A stretch of DNA of 45,034 nt from a virus: the UHGV virus genome UHGV-0114729. One strand, given 5' to 3'. The translations under genes and the position numbers were made by a program. Shown here one piece after another: positions 8,543 through 18,214 of the stretch. How positions within the stretch are numbered: position 1 is the stretch's first letter; every line of letters starts with the position of its first letter. Under the pieces are notes generated by a model, which ran no database searches, had not been told where the DNA came from, and was given only the letters and a program-made list of their open reading frames with translations.

Positions 8543-9133
8543 TTATTGCTGGTCTTCGACATAAATCCCGGCAGAAATAATCGCACCGCCGATTTGCCGA
8601 CGACCATAAAGAAGCGGTACCGGATAGCCCTGCGCGGCGGTGTTGGTGACTCCACCGAACGCGTATGAGGCGCGGTTATCTGAACTCTGTTTGCTGGCCA
8701 GCCCCGCTGGTTGAGGGGAAAGCATCTGAACAACCCCGCCAATCATCATTGCGGCACCGAATTTGTATAAGAATGGTGATGCCGCAGCCCAGGGTGTGAA
8801 ATTAAGCACCGCCCCAACGGCAACCAGAACTGCACCAAGTATTGTCTGGAGTAATCCGGCCTTTTTGCTCCCGATAATCACCGGGACAATGCGAATGACA
8901 TCGCCGGTGACCGGGTAACCCAGGTCATCAACACCAATATTCTTTTTCCCTTTGAATACTGAATAAGTGAGACCACGGCGTTGGCTGGAAATCATAAACT
9001 GCTCAAAGCCCGGTATAGTCTTTGCCAGCGCAACACTCGCTTCGTTCACGCGGGAAATCAGGCGATGGTGAACTTTACCGAATGTTTTCCCGAGCACGCC
9101 GCCAAGCTCAATGCGGGTCATTACTTCCTGCAT
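8543..9133 (-). CDS. I: Tail assembly protein I
   Basis: Similar to lambda I across its length (..VPVIIGSKKAGLLQTILGA...YPVPLLYG..). Confidence 0.9.
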   Translation of the reverse strand: MQEVMTRIELGGVLGKTFGKVHHRLISRVNEASVALAKTIPGFEQFMISSQRRGLTYSVFKGKKNIGVDDLGYPVTGDVIRIVPVIIGSKKAGLLQTILGAVLVAVGAVLNFTPWAAASPFLYKFGAAMMIGGVVQMLSPQPAGLASKQSSDNRASYAFGGVTNTAAQGYPVPLLYGRRQIGGAIISAGIYVEDQQ

Positions 9134-9852
9134 GTTTCACCTGCCATTACATCTTTATAGCGAACGATCTTCATTGTGCGCTCCTGCCAGTATCCGCCAT
9201 AAGGAACACGTTGACTCAGATGCCCGTAAAGATGGTGCAGCAGCATGTTACCCTCCAGTAAAATCCCGGCATGATTCCACTTATCGGCCTGCACCTGCAT
9301 GATGACGAGGTCCCCTTCCTGAGGCGGACCATCAAACTCCCTGAATCCGCACTCGTACCAGCACTCCTGATAGAAATTGTCCGGGTAGTCGTTTTCCCAC
9401 CAGGGATAATCCACCCGGTAATCGTGGAGCTCGATACAGTGGGTCTGCCGGAAATAGCTCATTACCAGACCCCAGCAATCGAAGTGGCCAAGCACGAACG
9501 GACGCTCCAGCAATGGCAGCTCCCCGCGTGGCTGAATGGTACGTAAATCCCCCTCTGGCCAGCTCACAATATGCCAGGGCAGCAGCGTTGCATCACACTG
9601 CGCCTTATCCAGCTCGCTGGCCTGCGTCGTCGCATCAGGATGGCTGTGAACAATGGCCACCACCGTCCCCCAGTCTTCTGCCGCTGCGTAATCTTCGGGG
9701 GACAGGTGAAAATGTTCAGTCGGCTCTGCTGCGAGATTACGACAGGGAAAATAGCGCTCAACCCGGCTTTTCTGTGCCACCACGCCGCAGCACTCTCGCG
9801 GATATTCCGCTGCAGCGTGTGCCATGATGGCATCAATGGTTTTCTGGCGCAT
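9121..9852 (-). CDS. K: Tail assembly protein K (JAB/MPN + NlpC/P60)
   Basis: HSHP..D JAMM motif and an NlpC/P60 Cys (FDCWGLV). The likely start MRQKTID abuts the L stop. Confidence 0.9.
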   Translation of the reverse strand: MRQKTIDAIMAHAAAEYPRECCGVVAQKSRVERYFPCRNLAAEPTEHFHLSPEDYAAAEDWGTVVAIVHSHPDATTQASELDKAQCDATLLPWHIVSWPEGDLRTIQPRGELPLLERPFVLGHFDCWGLVMSYFRQTHCIELHDYRVDYPWWENDYPDNFYQECWYECGFREFDGPPQEGDLVIMQVQADKWNHAGILLEGNMLLHHLYGHLSQRVPYGGYWQERTMKIVRYKDVMAGETCRK

Positions 9853-9853
9853 A

Positions 9854-10609
9854 TCAGCTCCTGATAAGAGATGTACCGGGGAAACCGCCAAACGGCAGCT
9901 CGTTGCTGTCTCCGTGCCGGAGCTTGCAGGCCGTCAGCGTGCCGTTGCAGACATCCAGCGATGGATCGTCAACCGGATTATTGTTTTTGTCGAAATAGCG
10001 CGTTCCGGCATAGTCGCAGCCGTCGCCGGTCCGGTACTTGTTCCGGATGCACCAGCTGCATAACGAATGCAGCTGCCGCGTGGGTATCATCTGGCCCTGT
10101 AAATCCATCGGACTGGAAAGCGTAAATTCAACAGATTCATCCGTCTCGGTGCTTCTGGCATCGATATAAAAGACCTTCAGCTTTTCCTGTGACGGGTCTG
10201 CAGTGGGATTGCCCTGCGGAAAATTTCTGGCGTCCAGATACTGTGCCAGCGTGTCGTGGATACTCACTTTCGCCTGCAGCAGATCGTCATACGCCAGACA
10301 GAGCGCTGAGATCGAGCTGTCCAGGTTCGCCACACTCAGTTTTGGCTGTGGACTGGTACCGTCCGTAGTCGCTTCAATACCCTCAACCTGACACGGCCAG
10401 GCTTTATACTCCTCCCCCTGCCACCAGATGGACTTCGCCGGAAGTTTATTCTCATCCCCGCCTGCAGCCTCAATCTCTTCCGGGGTATGCGCGATATTAT
10501 GTGCGTGGAAGCGGAGTACATCTGACATACCGAACGCTGTGCCATCGACAGAAAAAAGCCGGACTTCATTGCCCGGCTCGAGTTTTTGATAATCAGCATT
10601 AAGACTCAT
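9854..10609 (-). CDS. L: Minor tail protein L
   Basis: C-terminal Cys cluster (CSWC...C..C) and lambda L-like sequence. Confidence 0.9.
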   Translation of the reverse strand: MSLNADYQKLEPGNEVRLFSVDGTAFGMSDVLRFHAHNIAHTPEEIEAAGGDENKLPAKSIWWQGEEYKAWPCQVEGIEATTDGTSPQPKLSVANLDSSISALCLAYDDLLQAKVSIHDTLAQYLDARNFPQGNPTADPSQEKLKVFYIDARSTETDESVEFTLSSPMDLQGQMIPTRQLHSLCSWCIRNKYRTGDGCDYAGTRYFDKNNNPVDDPSLDVCNGTLTACKLRHGDSNELPFGGFPGTSLIRS

Positions 10610-10953
10610 GGTGCAAATGCCTGTTCAAACGTTGCGGTTACGGTTATCACTTTTACGTTTTTAACCACCTTTTTGAGCGTGTCAGCCTCGACACGCCACA
10701 GCGCGGTATCGCCGAAAGGCGGTGTGAAAATAAACGACTTCACTTTATGCCGCCGAAGGAAAGCGTGAATTTCATTCGCTGTAGTCGGATCCCCTGAAAA
10801 GGAATATTCATAGGTACGAATCTCATCATTCAGGCCGGAGCCGCTCACCTGTGCGTACCCGTCGCCGAACTGGACCTTCCTGACTGTGTCTTTGCTTCCC
10901 TCGGTGGGCTGGCTGGAAACCTTAATGCCCCAGGGGAATGTTTCTATCGTCAT
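10606..10953 (-). CDS. M: Minor tail protein M
   Basis: VRKVQFGDGYAQ motif as in lambda M. Confidence 0.9.
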   Translation of the reverse strand: MTIETFPWGIKVSSQPTEGSKDTVRKVQFGDGYAQVSGSGLNDEIRTYEYSFSGDPTTANEIHAFLRRHKVKSFIFTPPFGDTALWRVEADTLKKVVKNVKVITVTATFEQAFAP

Positions 10954-10958
10954 AACTG

Positions 10959-13475
10959 TTACCTGCGATTGGTCGCATTCCAGATAAGCCCACCGGGCTG
11001 GATTGCCCTGGCGATACCATCGTTGACAGATTTGTTAATCACCTGCTGATACGCCTTACCCAGCCTGTCTCCGTCGTTTTGCTGCTGTGCGTTACCGGAA
11101 GCATTCTCGACCGTCACCGGGGCATATACACTGACACCGAAAGGTGCTGCAGCCGGGCCTGTACCACCGCCCCCGACATACCCACCCGTGGCATACCCTT
11201 TCATCATCCGGTAAAGATTGCCGACGCCGATCCGGCTGGTAGCCTCTTTGGTGAAAACAAATTCACCACGGTGAACGACACCTGCAGGTTCATATTTCCC
11301 GCCTGAACCGGTATAACCGCCACCTGCAAATCCCAGCGCGGTTGTCGCTGAATCCACCAGGCCTACCATCGCCTGTTTCAGCAGGATCTGTGTCAGCATG
11401 GAGAGCGTGGAGCGGGTGAAGTCAGCCCAGTCAGCCTTTCCGCGCGTCAGCATGTCAGCCATATTTTGCCCGATGCCATCAAACGCACTGGTGGCAGCCG
11501 ACTTCATCTGGCCATAAGCATCTGAAGCGGAATCAACATAATCTGCCCATGCGGATTTGGCTCCGGACTGCCAGTCGTCCCGCAGCTTATCCTGCTCGGC
11601 GTAATACGCCTGCAGCGCCTGCAGCTCATTCTGATAACCAGCATCGTTCTCCGAACCACCACCATTTTTCCAGCCCTGAAGAAGCTGGGCCTCTTCATTG
11701 CGACGTTGTGCTGCACGACTGCTCATACCAGCACTTTCCGCAAGGGCTCGGGTTTTCTCGCCGATCTGCGTGACGTATTTTTGGGACGTATCCTGCAGGC
11801 GATTAAGCCGCTCCTGCGCCACTATCTGATCGCCGAGCTTCGCATTCAGCTCCGCACGGGAAAGCACCTCACTTTTACTGGCCAGCAGGGATTTTTCCTC
11901 AGCAGAAAGCGTTCGGGTCTTCGCGGCCTCTTCCAGAACCGTAAAGCGGGACTGCTGACGCCACAGCTCCTGACGCTGCTGGCTGATGGTGTCATTGATG
12001 CTCTTATGCTCCTGCAGGGTGCGCAGCTGTGTCTGTAGCTCCAGCGTCTGGGCACTGGCCGTATCGGTGGCACGGGCACCTGCGGGGGTTCTGATTGCCG
12101 GGGTCTTCTTCGGCTTTTTAAGGGTGTCTTCGTACTCTTTTTTCGCGGCAGCCAGGTTGATGTTGTAGTCAGCCTGGAGGATCCGCCCCTCTTTCAGCGC
12201 CTTGTTGAGCTCGCTCTGCCTGGCCGTGTATTTCTCAAGGGCAGTTTGGGTTTTGGCATAGTTGGCCTGAGCCTGCGCGGCATATTTCTGACGATCGGAC
12301 TCTGCGACCGCTTCACGGGAAGCATTCTCTTCGTTCGCTTTGGCAATACCAGCCTGCTGCTGCGCCATATCCAGTGCCAGTCTGGCCGTTTCACGATCAT
12401 TCCAGAACCGGGCGCGGGCCTCATCATTCACATAATGATCGCCTTTACGCAGATTCCAGATTTCATCAGCCTTTTTAAACGCGGCCTGGGCTTTTGCCAC
12501 CATCTCCTGGGCGGTGTCAGGTCTGCCAATATCAAGTGCAGCATCCCACATCGACTTGAAGGCACGCTTCAGGGAATCCGCTGAAGACTCAATCGTCCCC
12601 ATATTGTCGCGGATGGCCTTGGTCTGATCGTTGAATCCGGCAGTAGCAGCCTGATTAGCCGCCTGCAGTGCGCCAGCCTCATCACCGGCACGCTGCAGCT
12701 GTGCCACATGGGCAATCTGTTCGGCCGTAACATTGTGGAACTGCTGAGCCATCGCGATCAGGCCTGATGTCGGGTCAGTAGTGAGCTTGCCGTATGCGGC
12801 TGCGACTTTTTCCACCGGCACGCCGGAGGCATCAGTAAATCGCGCCACCGCCTGGCTCATTTCATCAAAGCGCGAACTCGCGCCCACCCCCGCGTTGATA
12901 AGCTCGCTCAGGGCTTCGCTGGTCTGATTGAACGTCAGCCCCGCTGCCTGGCCGTTTCGTGCCAGCGCCAACATACGATCGGCAGTCAATCCGGCCGTGT
13001 TCCCCGACAGTACCAGCGTTTTGTTGAAGTCAGATAGTGTGGATGAGCCCTGGTACCAGGCATAGAACAGCGCACCCGTTGCGGCGGACAGTGCACCGAT
13101 GCCGACCATCAACGGTGAGATCGTACCCAGTAAGGCCCGGAATGTTGGTATTATCCCGCCAAAGGAGTCCTTAACCTGACCGCCCTGCTGAAGCAGAATC
13201 AGCCATGGGTTCTGCCCGCCCGCTAGCTGCGTAGCTATATCGGTAAACTGCGCCGGAAGCATACGCATTGCTGCGTTATACTGGCCTATTGAAATACCCG
13301 CCTTGCGCGCGGCGTTCTCCTGGCGGCTAAAGGACTGCTGGATCCGTAGCGCTTCGTCGTTCGCCGCGCTGCCAGTCTGCTTTAATTCTTTTTTGACGTA
13401 GTTAAGCTGCTCGTTAAATTTCGTCGAGTTAACGTCAAGGTTAACGACCAGATCACCCACTGCCGTCTGGGCCAT
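10959..13475 (-). CDS. H: Tape measure protein
   Basis: 838 aa, helical and Ala/Gln-rich, with hydrophobic segments and a Gly-rich C-terminus. Position as in lambda H. Confidence 0.92.
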   Translation of the reverse strand: MAQTAVGDLVVNLDVNSTKFNEQLNYVKKELKQTGSAANDEALRIQQSFSRQENAARKAGISIGQYNAAMRMLPAQFTDIATQLAGGQNPWLILLQQGGQVKDSFGGIIPTFRALLGTISPLMVGIGALSAATGALFYAWYQGSSTLSDFNKTLVLSGNTAGLTADRMLALARNGQAAGLTFNQTSEALSELINAGVGASSRFDEMSQAVARFTDASGVPVEKVAAAYGKLTTDPTSGLIAMAQQFHNVTAEQIAHVAQLQRAGDEAGALQAANQAATAGFNDQTKAIRDNMGTIESSADSLKRAFKSMWDAALDIGRPDTAQEMVAKAQAAFKKADEIWNLRKGDHYVNDEARARFWNDRETARLALDMAQQQAGIAKANEENASREAVAESDRQKYAAQAQANYAKTQTALEKYTARQSELNKALKEGRILQADYNINLAAAKKEYEDTLKKPKKTPAIRTPAGARATDTASAQTLELQTQLRTLQEHKSINDTISQQRQELWRQQSRFTVLEEAAKTRTLSAEEKSLLASKSEVLSRAELNAKLGDQIVAQERLNRLQDTSQKYVTQIGEKTRALAESAGMSSRAAQRRNEEAQLLQGWKNGGGSENDAGYQNELQALQAYYAEQDKLRDDWQSGAKSAWADYVDSASDAYGQMKSAATSAFDGIGQNMADMLTRGKADWADFTRSTLSMLTQILLKQAMVGLVDSATTALGFAGGGYTGSGGKYEPAGVVHRGEFVFTKEATSRIGVGNLYRMMKGYATGGYVGGGGTGPAAAPFGVSVYAPVTVENASGNAQQQNDGDRLGKAYQQVINKSVNDGIARAIQPGGLIWNATNRR

Positions 13476-13806
13476 AGCGCACGCCTCCTGAAATACCTGC
13501 AGCCTTCGCCATCAGCGTATCGTCATCCGGCTCATCAACGTCGATGCTTTCCGATACAGGGGAAAGGATGCTGAAACTGTCCGGTGTTAATTCCGGATCA
13601 GCAAAAAACAGGGTTGAGATGGTGTAGAGCAAACCGGAGAAATGAGCATCCAGCTGCGCATCATGAAAGTAATTGTCCTGGTAGAAGATTTTCCAGTCGC
13701 CGTATTCCGTTGAGGACATGCCAGCAAGCATGGCACGCCAGTCCGGGCGACCGAACTCACGCGCCAGTTTCATGGCAAACTTCAGCTCACTGGCGAGGGC
13801 TTTTCC
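13453..13806 (-). CDS. T: T portion of the G-T tail assembly chaperone (reached by -1 frameshift from G)
   Basis: The -1 frame is open only from about 30 nt before the G stop. Candidate slip site is GGAAAAG at 13800-13806. Confidence 0.65.
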   Translation of the reverse strand, partial: GKALASELKFAMKLAREFGRPDWRAMLAGMSSTEYGDWKIFYQDNYFHDAQLDAHFSGLLYTISTLFFADPELTPDSFSILSPVSESIDVDEPDDDTLMAKAAGISGGVRYGPDGSG

Positions 13807-14204
13807 GCAGTAACAGGTTCAGCGGGTTCATTACGTTCTTCACCGGGCTCAGCCTGGTCATCAGTGACCGGCGCAATCATCCCGGACAGGAGTTTCACCT
13901 TATATTCGGCTTCGGCAACAAGTTCGGTCGGCCATGTCTGCATGACCTCATCCTGAATCTGCTCCACTTCCGCCGCCGCGTTTTCTCCCTGCGATCCTTT
14001 AAGCGCGTGGCCATGCCAGAGTGACATTGCCACCAGATATGCTCCACTCTTCACGGTAAGGGTAATGGCAGCCTGAAAATCACCAGCTTCAACCGCCTCA
14101 AGTTGTTTCAGGTATTCGAGGTATTCAATACGCTGCAGCGCCGACAGCTGGAACAATGTGACGCTGCTGCCGTTACTTTCAAGCAGCTCGCTCTTTAGAA
14201 ACAT
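13782..14204 (-). CDS. G: Tail assembly chaperone G
   Basis: 140 aa, lambda G-like, acidic C-terminus. Confidence 0.88.
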   Translation of the reverse strand: MFLKSELLESNGSSVTLFQLSALQRIEYLEYLKQLEAVEAGDFQAAITLTVKSGAYLVAMSLWHGHALKGSQGENAAAEVEQIQDEVMQTWPTELVAEAEYKVKLLSGMIAPVTDDQAEPGEERNEPAEPVTAEKPSPVS

Positions 14205-14240
14205 AATTACTCCGGGGGAACGGGGCTTTCGCCCCGGTTA

Positions 14241-14978
14241 TCAGGAAACAGTGACTTTGCAGATCGCCACAAAGTTACCGTCATTGCTCATTACGATGAT
14301 CTCGACGGTGCCTGCCGCCACGCCGGTAACAGTCAGGGTATTGCCGCTGACGGTGACCGTTGCTTTTGACGGATCAGAACTGGCTACGCGGAAAGACTTA
14401 TCTGAAGCACTTGCTGGCAGGACAGAAACAACCAGTTGCGTCGTGGCCGCGACAGCCACAGCCGCCGTGGATTTATCCAGGCTGATCCCCGTAACGGCAA
14501 TCGGCGCGGTACCACTGTCTTCGGCCAGCGATGGTTTGCCATTGTTGGTGATTTTTGCCGTGCGGGTCATGACCTCTTTAGACGAGATGGTCTTGCCGAG
14601 ACTGCTCACCCAGCCCTTAAAGACATCGACAACACCATTCGGATATTTGATTTTATACCCCTTCACGGTGCCTTCATCGAACCAGTTCACCAGGTCCTGC
14701 TGACCGGAATCCTCCGGCATCCATGCGAGCGTCAGGTTTGTTTCACCGGCTGATTTCTGCCCCTGCATCGTTGATGTCCAGTCGGCATTCTCATCATCGA
14801 TGTAGGTGTCATCTTCCGATTCAGCTGTCAGTTCTCCGGGCTGCAGGTCTTTAATCTTTGCCAGGCGCAGCCAGTCAACGTCTGAAAGCGGATTGGCGTA
14901 TGGATCACCAGTTCCGGTGTAAACCCAGAGGGTGGTACCAGCACCTTTTGTTGGTGCCAGCGGGTTTGGTGTGGCCAT
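14241..14978 (-). CDS. V: Major tail protein V with C-terminal Ig-like (Big_2) domain
   Basis: Lambda V-like N-domain. The C-terminus ([24 protein letters not shown]) is typical of Big_2. Confidence 0.92.
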   Translation of the reverse strand: MATPNPLAPTKGAGTTLWVYTGTGDPYANPLSDVDWLRLAKIKDLQPGELTAESEDDTYIDDENADWTSTMQGQKSAGETNLTLAWMPEDSGQQDLVNWFDEGTVKGYKIKYPNGVVDVFKGWVSSLGKTISSKEVMTRTAKITNNGKPSLAEDSGTAPIAVTGISLDKSTAAVAVAATTQLVVSVLPASASDKSFRVASSDPSKATVTVSGNTLTVTGVAAGTVEIIVMSNDGNFVAICKVTVS

Positions 14979-14985
14979 AGGGTCC

Positions 14986-15384
14986 TCACATGTCGTAAGT
15001 AATGGAATATTTCAGGTCGGCAGAACTCCACAGCGCCATATCGTCATCGCGCTGGTAGTCATAGCCCTGCTGAACCATTGTGGTGATAAGAGATTCAAGC
15101 CCCGGAACCTCTGCGAGAACCGGATACACTCTCGTCTCCATCCAGTCATCCAGATCAGAATCAGGTACCTGAGCCTCAAGAAAGACTTCGATATGCAGAA
15201 TGGCCTGCCAGCTATCGGCGTCCAGTTCTTCCCCTGTGTATTCCGCATCTGTCAGGTAGACGGCAACAGCGGGAAAATCACCCTCTTCGAGCACTGCAGG
15301 TCTGCCGTCAAAATAAATGACATCAGTACCAATCGCGCTTTCCAGCGCGTCAATAATCACCTTGCGAATATCGCTGTGTTTCAT
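14986..15384 (-). CDS. U: Tail terminator protein U
   Basis: 132 aa, lambda U-like, position conserved. Confidence 0.88.
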   Translation of the reverse strand: MKHSDIRKVIIDALESAIGTDVIYFDGRPAVLEEGDFPAVAVYLTDAEYTGEELDADSWQAILHIEVFLEAQVPDSDLDDWMETRVYPVLAEVPGLESLITTMVQQGYDYQRDDDMALWSSADLKYSITYDM

Positions 15385-15935
15385 CGTGTCAGAATTAACC
15401 TGAGTTGGTTGGTAAGGGATGCCCGGAGCTCTTTGGGCATATCTGACTCCATGAGCTTCGGCAGTTCTTCTTTAAATGCCGTAGTTAATGGAGCTGCCAG
15501 CGGGATGCTGACCACTTCAATGGGGTAACGAGGTTTTGAAGTCCGCCTCATGACATGCCAGCGACCATTTTTAAGTTGCTGGATAAAGCCGCCCGGAAAA
15601 CGAAATGGCCCTATGCGCAGAACGCTGTTGGCCCCTTTCTTGTCCCGTTTTCTGCGGGAAAGTCGCACGCTTGCGGTACCGAGTTTAATGGCCGGTAAAT
15701 TTCCCCGGTTTACCCGGATAAGTGCACGAGGTCTATTGACCGTCGCACGCTTCACCCTGGCGCGTTGCTTTACCAGTTTTCGCGGTACGCGCGTATCTTT
15801 TGATACGACTGCCACGCTGCGGCTGACGGCCCGGTTTGCCACGCGGTTAACGGCCTGCGCCGATGCCCGCGGAACAGCCGTTTTGCTGATGCTGTTAAGG
15901 TTTTCTATGGCCTGTTCAAGGCCTTTTATGGACAT
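15381..15935 (-). CDS. Z: Tail completion protein Z
   Basis: 184 aa, lambda Z-like, overlaps the U start. Confidence 0.88.
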   Translation of the reverse strand: MSIKGLEQAIENLNSISKTAVPRASAQAVNRVANRAVSRSVAVVSKDTRVPRKLVKQRARVKRATVNRPRALIRVNRGNLPAIKLGTASVRLSRRKRDKKGANSVLRIGPFRFPGGFIQQLKNGRWHVMRRTSKPRYPIEVVSIPLAAPLTTAFKEELPKLMESDMPKELRASLTNQLRLILTR

Positions 15936-15944
15936 ATGCGCTCC

Positions 15945-16298
15945 TTAACGGCGACGCGAAGATGCAGGTGGAGAGCCGTTACCCAGACAGATATGACAGG
16001 AGCCACAGTCATCCGGACCAATACGTTCAACCCAGAATTGCCGACCGTTAATCGTCAGCGTGTCCATACGCTGCAGCTGCCTGACAGTGGCGGTTTCCAC
16101 AAACAGGGTCGGGCTGGTTCCTTCAACACGAATCCCGGCACCGGCATATCCGATATTTTCTGGATCATCGAATACACCGACCAGGGTGGCACCTGACAAA
16201 GCGCCTGACATCACCTTTGCCTCTGTGCCCATCACACCACGGATAGCGCTATCAGCTCGCGACATGGCCTCGTCAAAGAGATTATCGAAATCAGCCAT
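15945..16298 (-). CDS. FII: Head-tail joining protein FII
   Basis: 117 aa, lambda FII-like. Confidence 0.88.
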   Translation of the reverse strand: MADFDNLFDEAMSRADSAIRGVMGTEAKVMSGALSGATLVGVFDDPENIGYAGAGIRVEGTSPTLFVETATVRQLQRMDTLTINGRQFWVERIGPDDCGSCHICLGNGSPPASSRRR

Positions 16299-16308
16299 GT
16301 GGCCCCCT

Positions 16309-16734
16309 TCAGACTTCGAAAGCCAGCCCCTTTGCGATCAAGTCGTCGGCATCCTGTTCAGATACGCGGATAATCACACCAGGCTCTACGATAGATACCG
16401 GCTCGTTACGCGTGGCATGCAGAGCGTCAATATGCAGGGTGGCCAGCGTTTCTACTGATACCAGGTCACCCGTTGTGGCCGATTCCGTTTTTACTTTTGC
16501 CACGTTAGCAACATTGTTGTCGGTGCTGTCGGTGCTGTCGGTGCTGTCGGTGCTGTCGGAAGCATTCTGCACGCCGTTTTCACCGTCAACTGACCCGGCA
16601 TTGCCATCCAGTTCCTCTTCAAGCTCAGCAATACGCATCGTCAGTTCCTGAATGGTGCCGCTGGTACTGACCTCGCGGTTAAGCTGGGTCCCAAGTTCAT
16701 TCAGGCGGGCGACCAGCTTTTCTTTTTCTGTCAT
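16309..16734 (-). CDS. FI: DNA packaging protein FI
   Basis: MTEKEKLVARLNELGTQLNRE and LHIDALHATRNEPV match lambda FI. GGAG RBS before the ATG at 16734. Confidence 0.85.
   Translation of the reverse strand: MTEKEKLVARLNELGTQLNREVSTSGTIQELTMRIAELEEELDGNAGSVDGENGVQNASDSTDSTDSTDSTDNNVANVAKVKTESATTGDLVSVETLATLHIDALHATRNEPVSIVEPGVIIRVSEQDADDLIAKGLAFEV
16521..16556. repeat. 9-bp tandem repeat x4 (CGGTGCTGT) encoding (STD)4 in the FI linker
   Basis: Read directly from the sequence. In-frame, so it codes DSTDSTDSTDSTD. Confidence 0.95.
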
Positions 16735-16779
16735 GGGAAATACTCCAGAAAGGTGGCCCGACAGGGCCACTGGGGGAAG

Positions 16780-17805
16780 TTATGCCAGTTTGACGGAGAC
16801 GAATGCGTCAGGGTCTGGCAGCAGCATCAGCGGAGCTGACTGAATCATGGTGAATTCGCGCGCCGGATCCCCCGACTGCACCCAGTTTTTCGGGTAGCGT
16901 GTCGAGGCATTGATACCTTCGCGCTGGGCATCAGCATCAAGAATGCAGCCATAGGTACGCAGGCCACGAGCCTGGGTATTCCCCAGCACCATTGTCAGGT
17001 CCGGCAGATAATTCTTTTTGACGTCGTTTTCGACGTACTGGCCGGAGTACACCACGATGGCCACATCGCCAAACATCCCCTTGTATGAAACAGCCATACC
17101 CAGGTCTTTCACGGCAGTTTCCAGCTCAGAGTTAGAACCACGACGCGTATCCAGCTTCTTCTCAACAGCCTTGAAGGAACGGAACAGCGCCCAGCCTTTC
17201 GGATCGAACACAATGATGTTGACCACACCGCTGGCGTTGAGCGCGTAGGCTTCAATGTCATCGGTCGGGTCATACGTTTCTTTGTCGCGGGTTGACCATG
17301 CAGCCGCACCGGCCTGGACAATGTTGTTACCAGCGCTGCGGCCCATATCGACTTCAACAGGCTCGAACGCTTCCCCGGTCATGGTGTATTTACCGCTGAG
17401 CACCGCCGAAACAGCCTGTTTCTCTTCGACCTGAGCAATCGCCAGCTCTTCATCCTTCATGTTCTGAAGGATAATGCGGCGACGGCGATAGACCGGGTCA
17501 GCGAGATTCTGCGGATCCTCATCCGGCAGGCGGCGGAGAGTCATCAGTGGGTTAACTTCGTGTTTCGGCTTCACATAACCCGGCGTGAATTCAGACGTGC
17601 TGCCGCCACGGGAGCGGATCACTTTGCCGGAGACAATCGGCGAGACGTAAAGCGCCATATTGACCAGGCCAGGAATTTGCGACAGGTAAACCTTCTCTGT
17701 ACTGAAGGGATAGGTTTCGCGGAAAAAGATACGCAGGAAAAGCGGATCGAATTTGAATTTCTTCTCATTGACCGCCAGCAGTTGGGCAGTGGTGTAAACG
17801 GACAT
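16780..17805 (-). CDS. E: Major capsid protein E
   Basis: 341 aa, near-identical to lambda E as recalled. Confidence 0.96.
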   Translation of the reverse strand: MSVYTTAQLLAVNEKKFKFDPLFLRIFFRETYPFSTEKVYLSQIPGLVNMALYVSPIVSGKVIRSRGGSTSEFTPGYVKPKHEVNPLMTLRRLPDEDPQNLADPVYRRRRIILQNMKDEELAIAQVEEKQAVSAVLSGKYTMTGEAFEPVEVDMGRSAGNNIVQAGAAAWSTRDKETYDPTDDIEAYALNASGVVNIIVFDPKGWALFRSFKAVEKKLDTRRGSNSELETAVKDLGMAVSYKGMFGDVAIVVYSGQYVENDVKKNYLPDLTMVLGNTQARGLRTYGCILDADAQREGINASTRYPKNWVQSGDPAREFTMIQSAPLMLLPDPDAFVSVKLA

Positions 17806-17816
17806 AGATTTTTCCC

Positions 17817-17840
17817 GTAAAAAAAGCCGCGCAAGCGGCT
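17817..17840 (-). terminator. Terminator-like hairpin between D and E
   Basis: Minus strand reads AGCCGC-ttgc-GCGGCT followed by TTTTTTT. Confidence 0.5.
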
Positions 17841-17872
17841 TTTATGAATGATGATGGTTGTAGAAATGCGGA

Positions 17873-18205
17873 TTAAACGATGCTGATTGCAGTACCGGCG
17901 AACGCGTTACGTTTAATGTTGTCGTCGGTGACGGCAGATGGCCAGAGGACATCTTCAATACGGAAAGAGCCAGATTTGTAATATGCCAGTTCCGCGCTGT
18001 TCTGGTCTGCGGTTACAGCCAGGATGCCCATTGCCGCGCCAGCATGAGCACCATCCCAGACGGTCAGCTTGCCAGAAGTGGCATCCAGCATGAGCGGCGT
18101 CATGGCTGGAGTGGAAGCCGTCAGTTCGCCAGGACCATACGCAGTGTGCGCCGGGTCGCTGTTACCGAGCGGCTGGTTATGTGTGAAAACTTCAGTAATT
18201 GCCAT
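17873..18205 (-). CDS. D: Head decoration protein D
   Basis: 110 aa, lambda D-like (..FAGTAISIV end). Confidence 0.95.
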   Translation of the reverse strand: MAITEVFTHNQPLGNSDPAHTAYGPGELTASTPAMTPLMLDATSGKLTVWDGAHAGAAMGILAVTADQNSAELAYYKSGSFRIEDVLWPSAVTDDNIKRNAFAGTAISIV

Positions 18206-18214
18206 GATAGCCTC

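Noticed and set aside
14158-14703. 181-aa plus-strand ORF antisense to V and G
   Set aside because: It fully overlaps strongly supported lambda-like V on the other strand and has no independent support.
16412-16651. The SVLSVLSVLSVLS plus-strand ORF, and whether the 9-bp repeat might be a CRISPR or other repeat array
   Set aside because: The repeats are contiguous with no spacers and lie in-frame within FI. The plus-strand ORF is just the antisense reading of that repeat.
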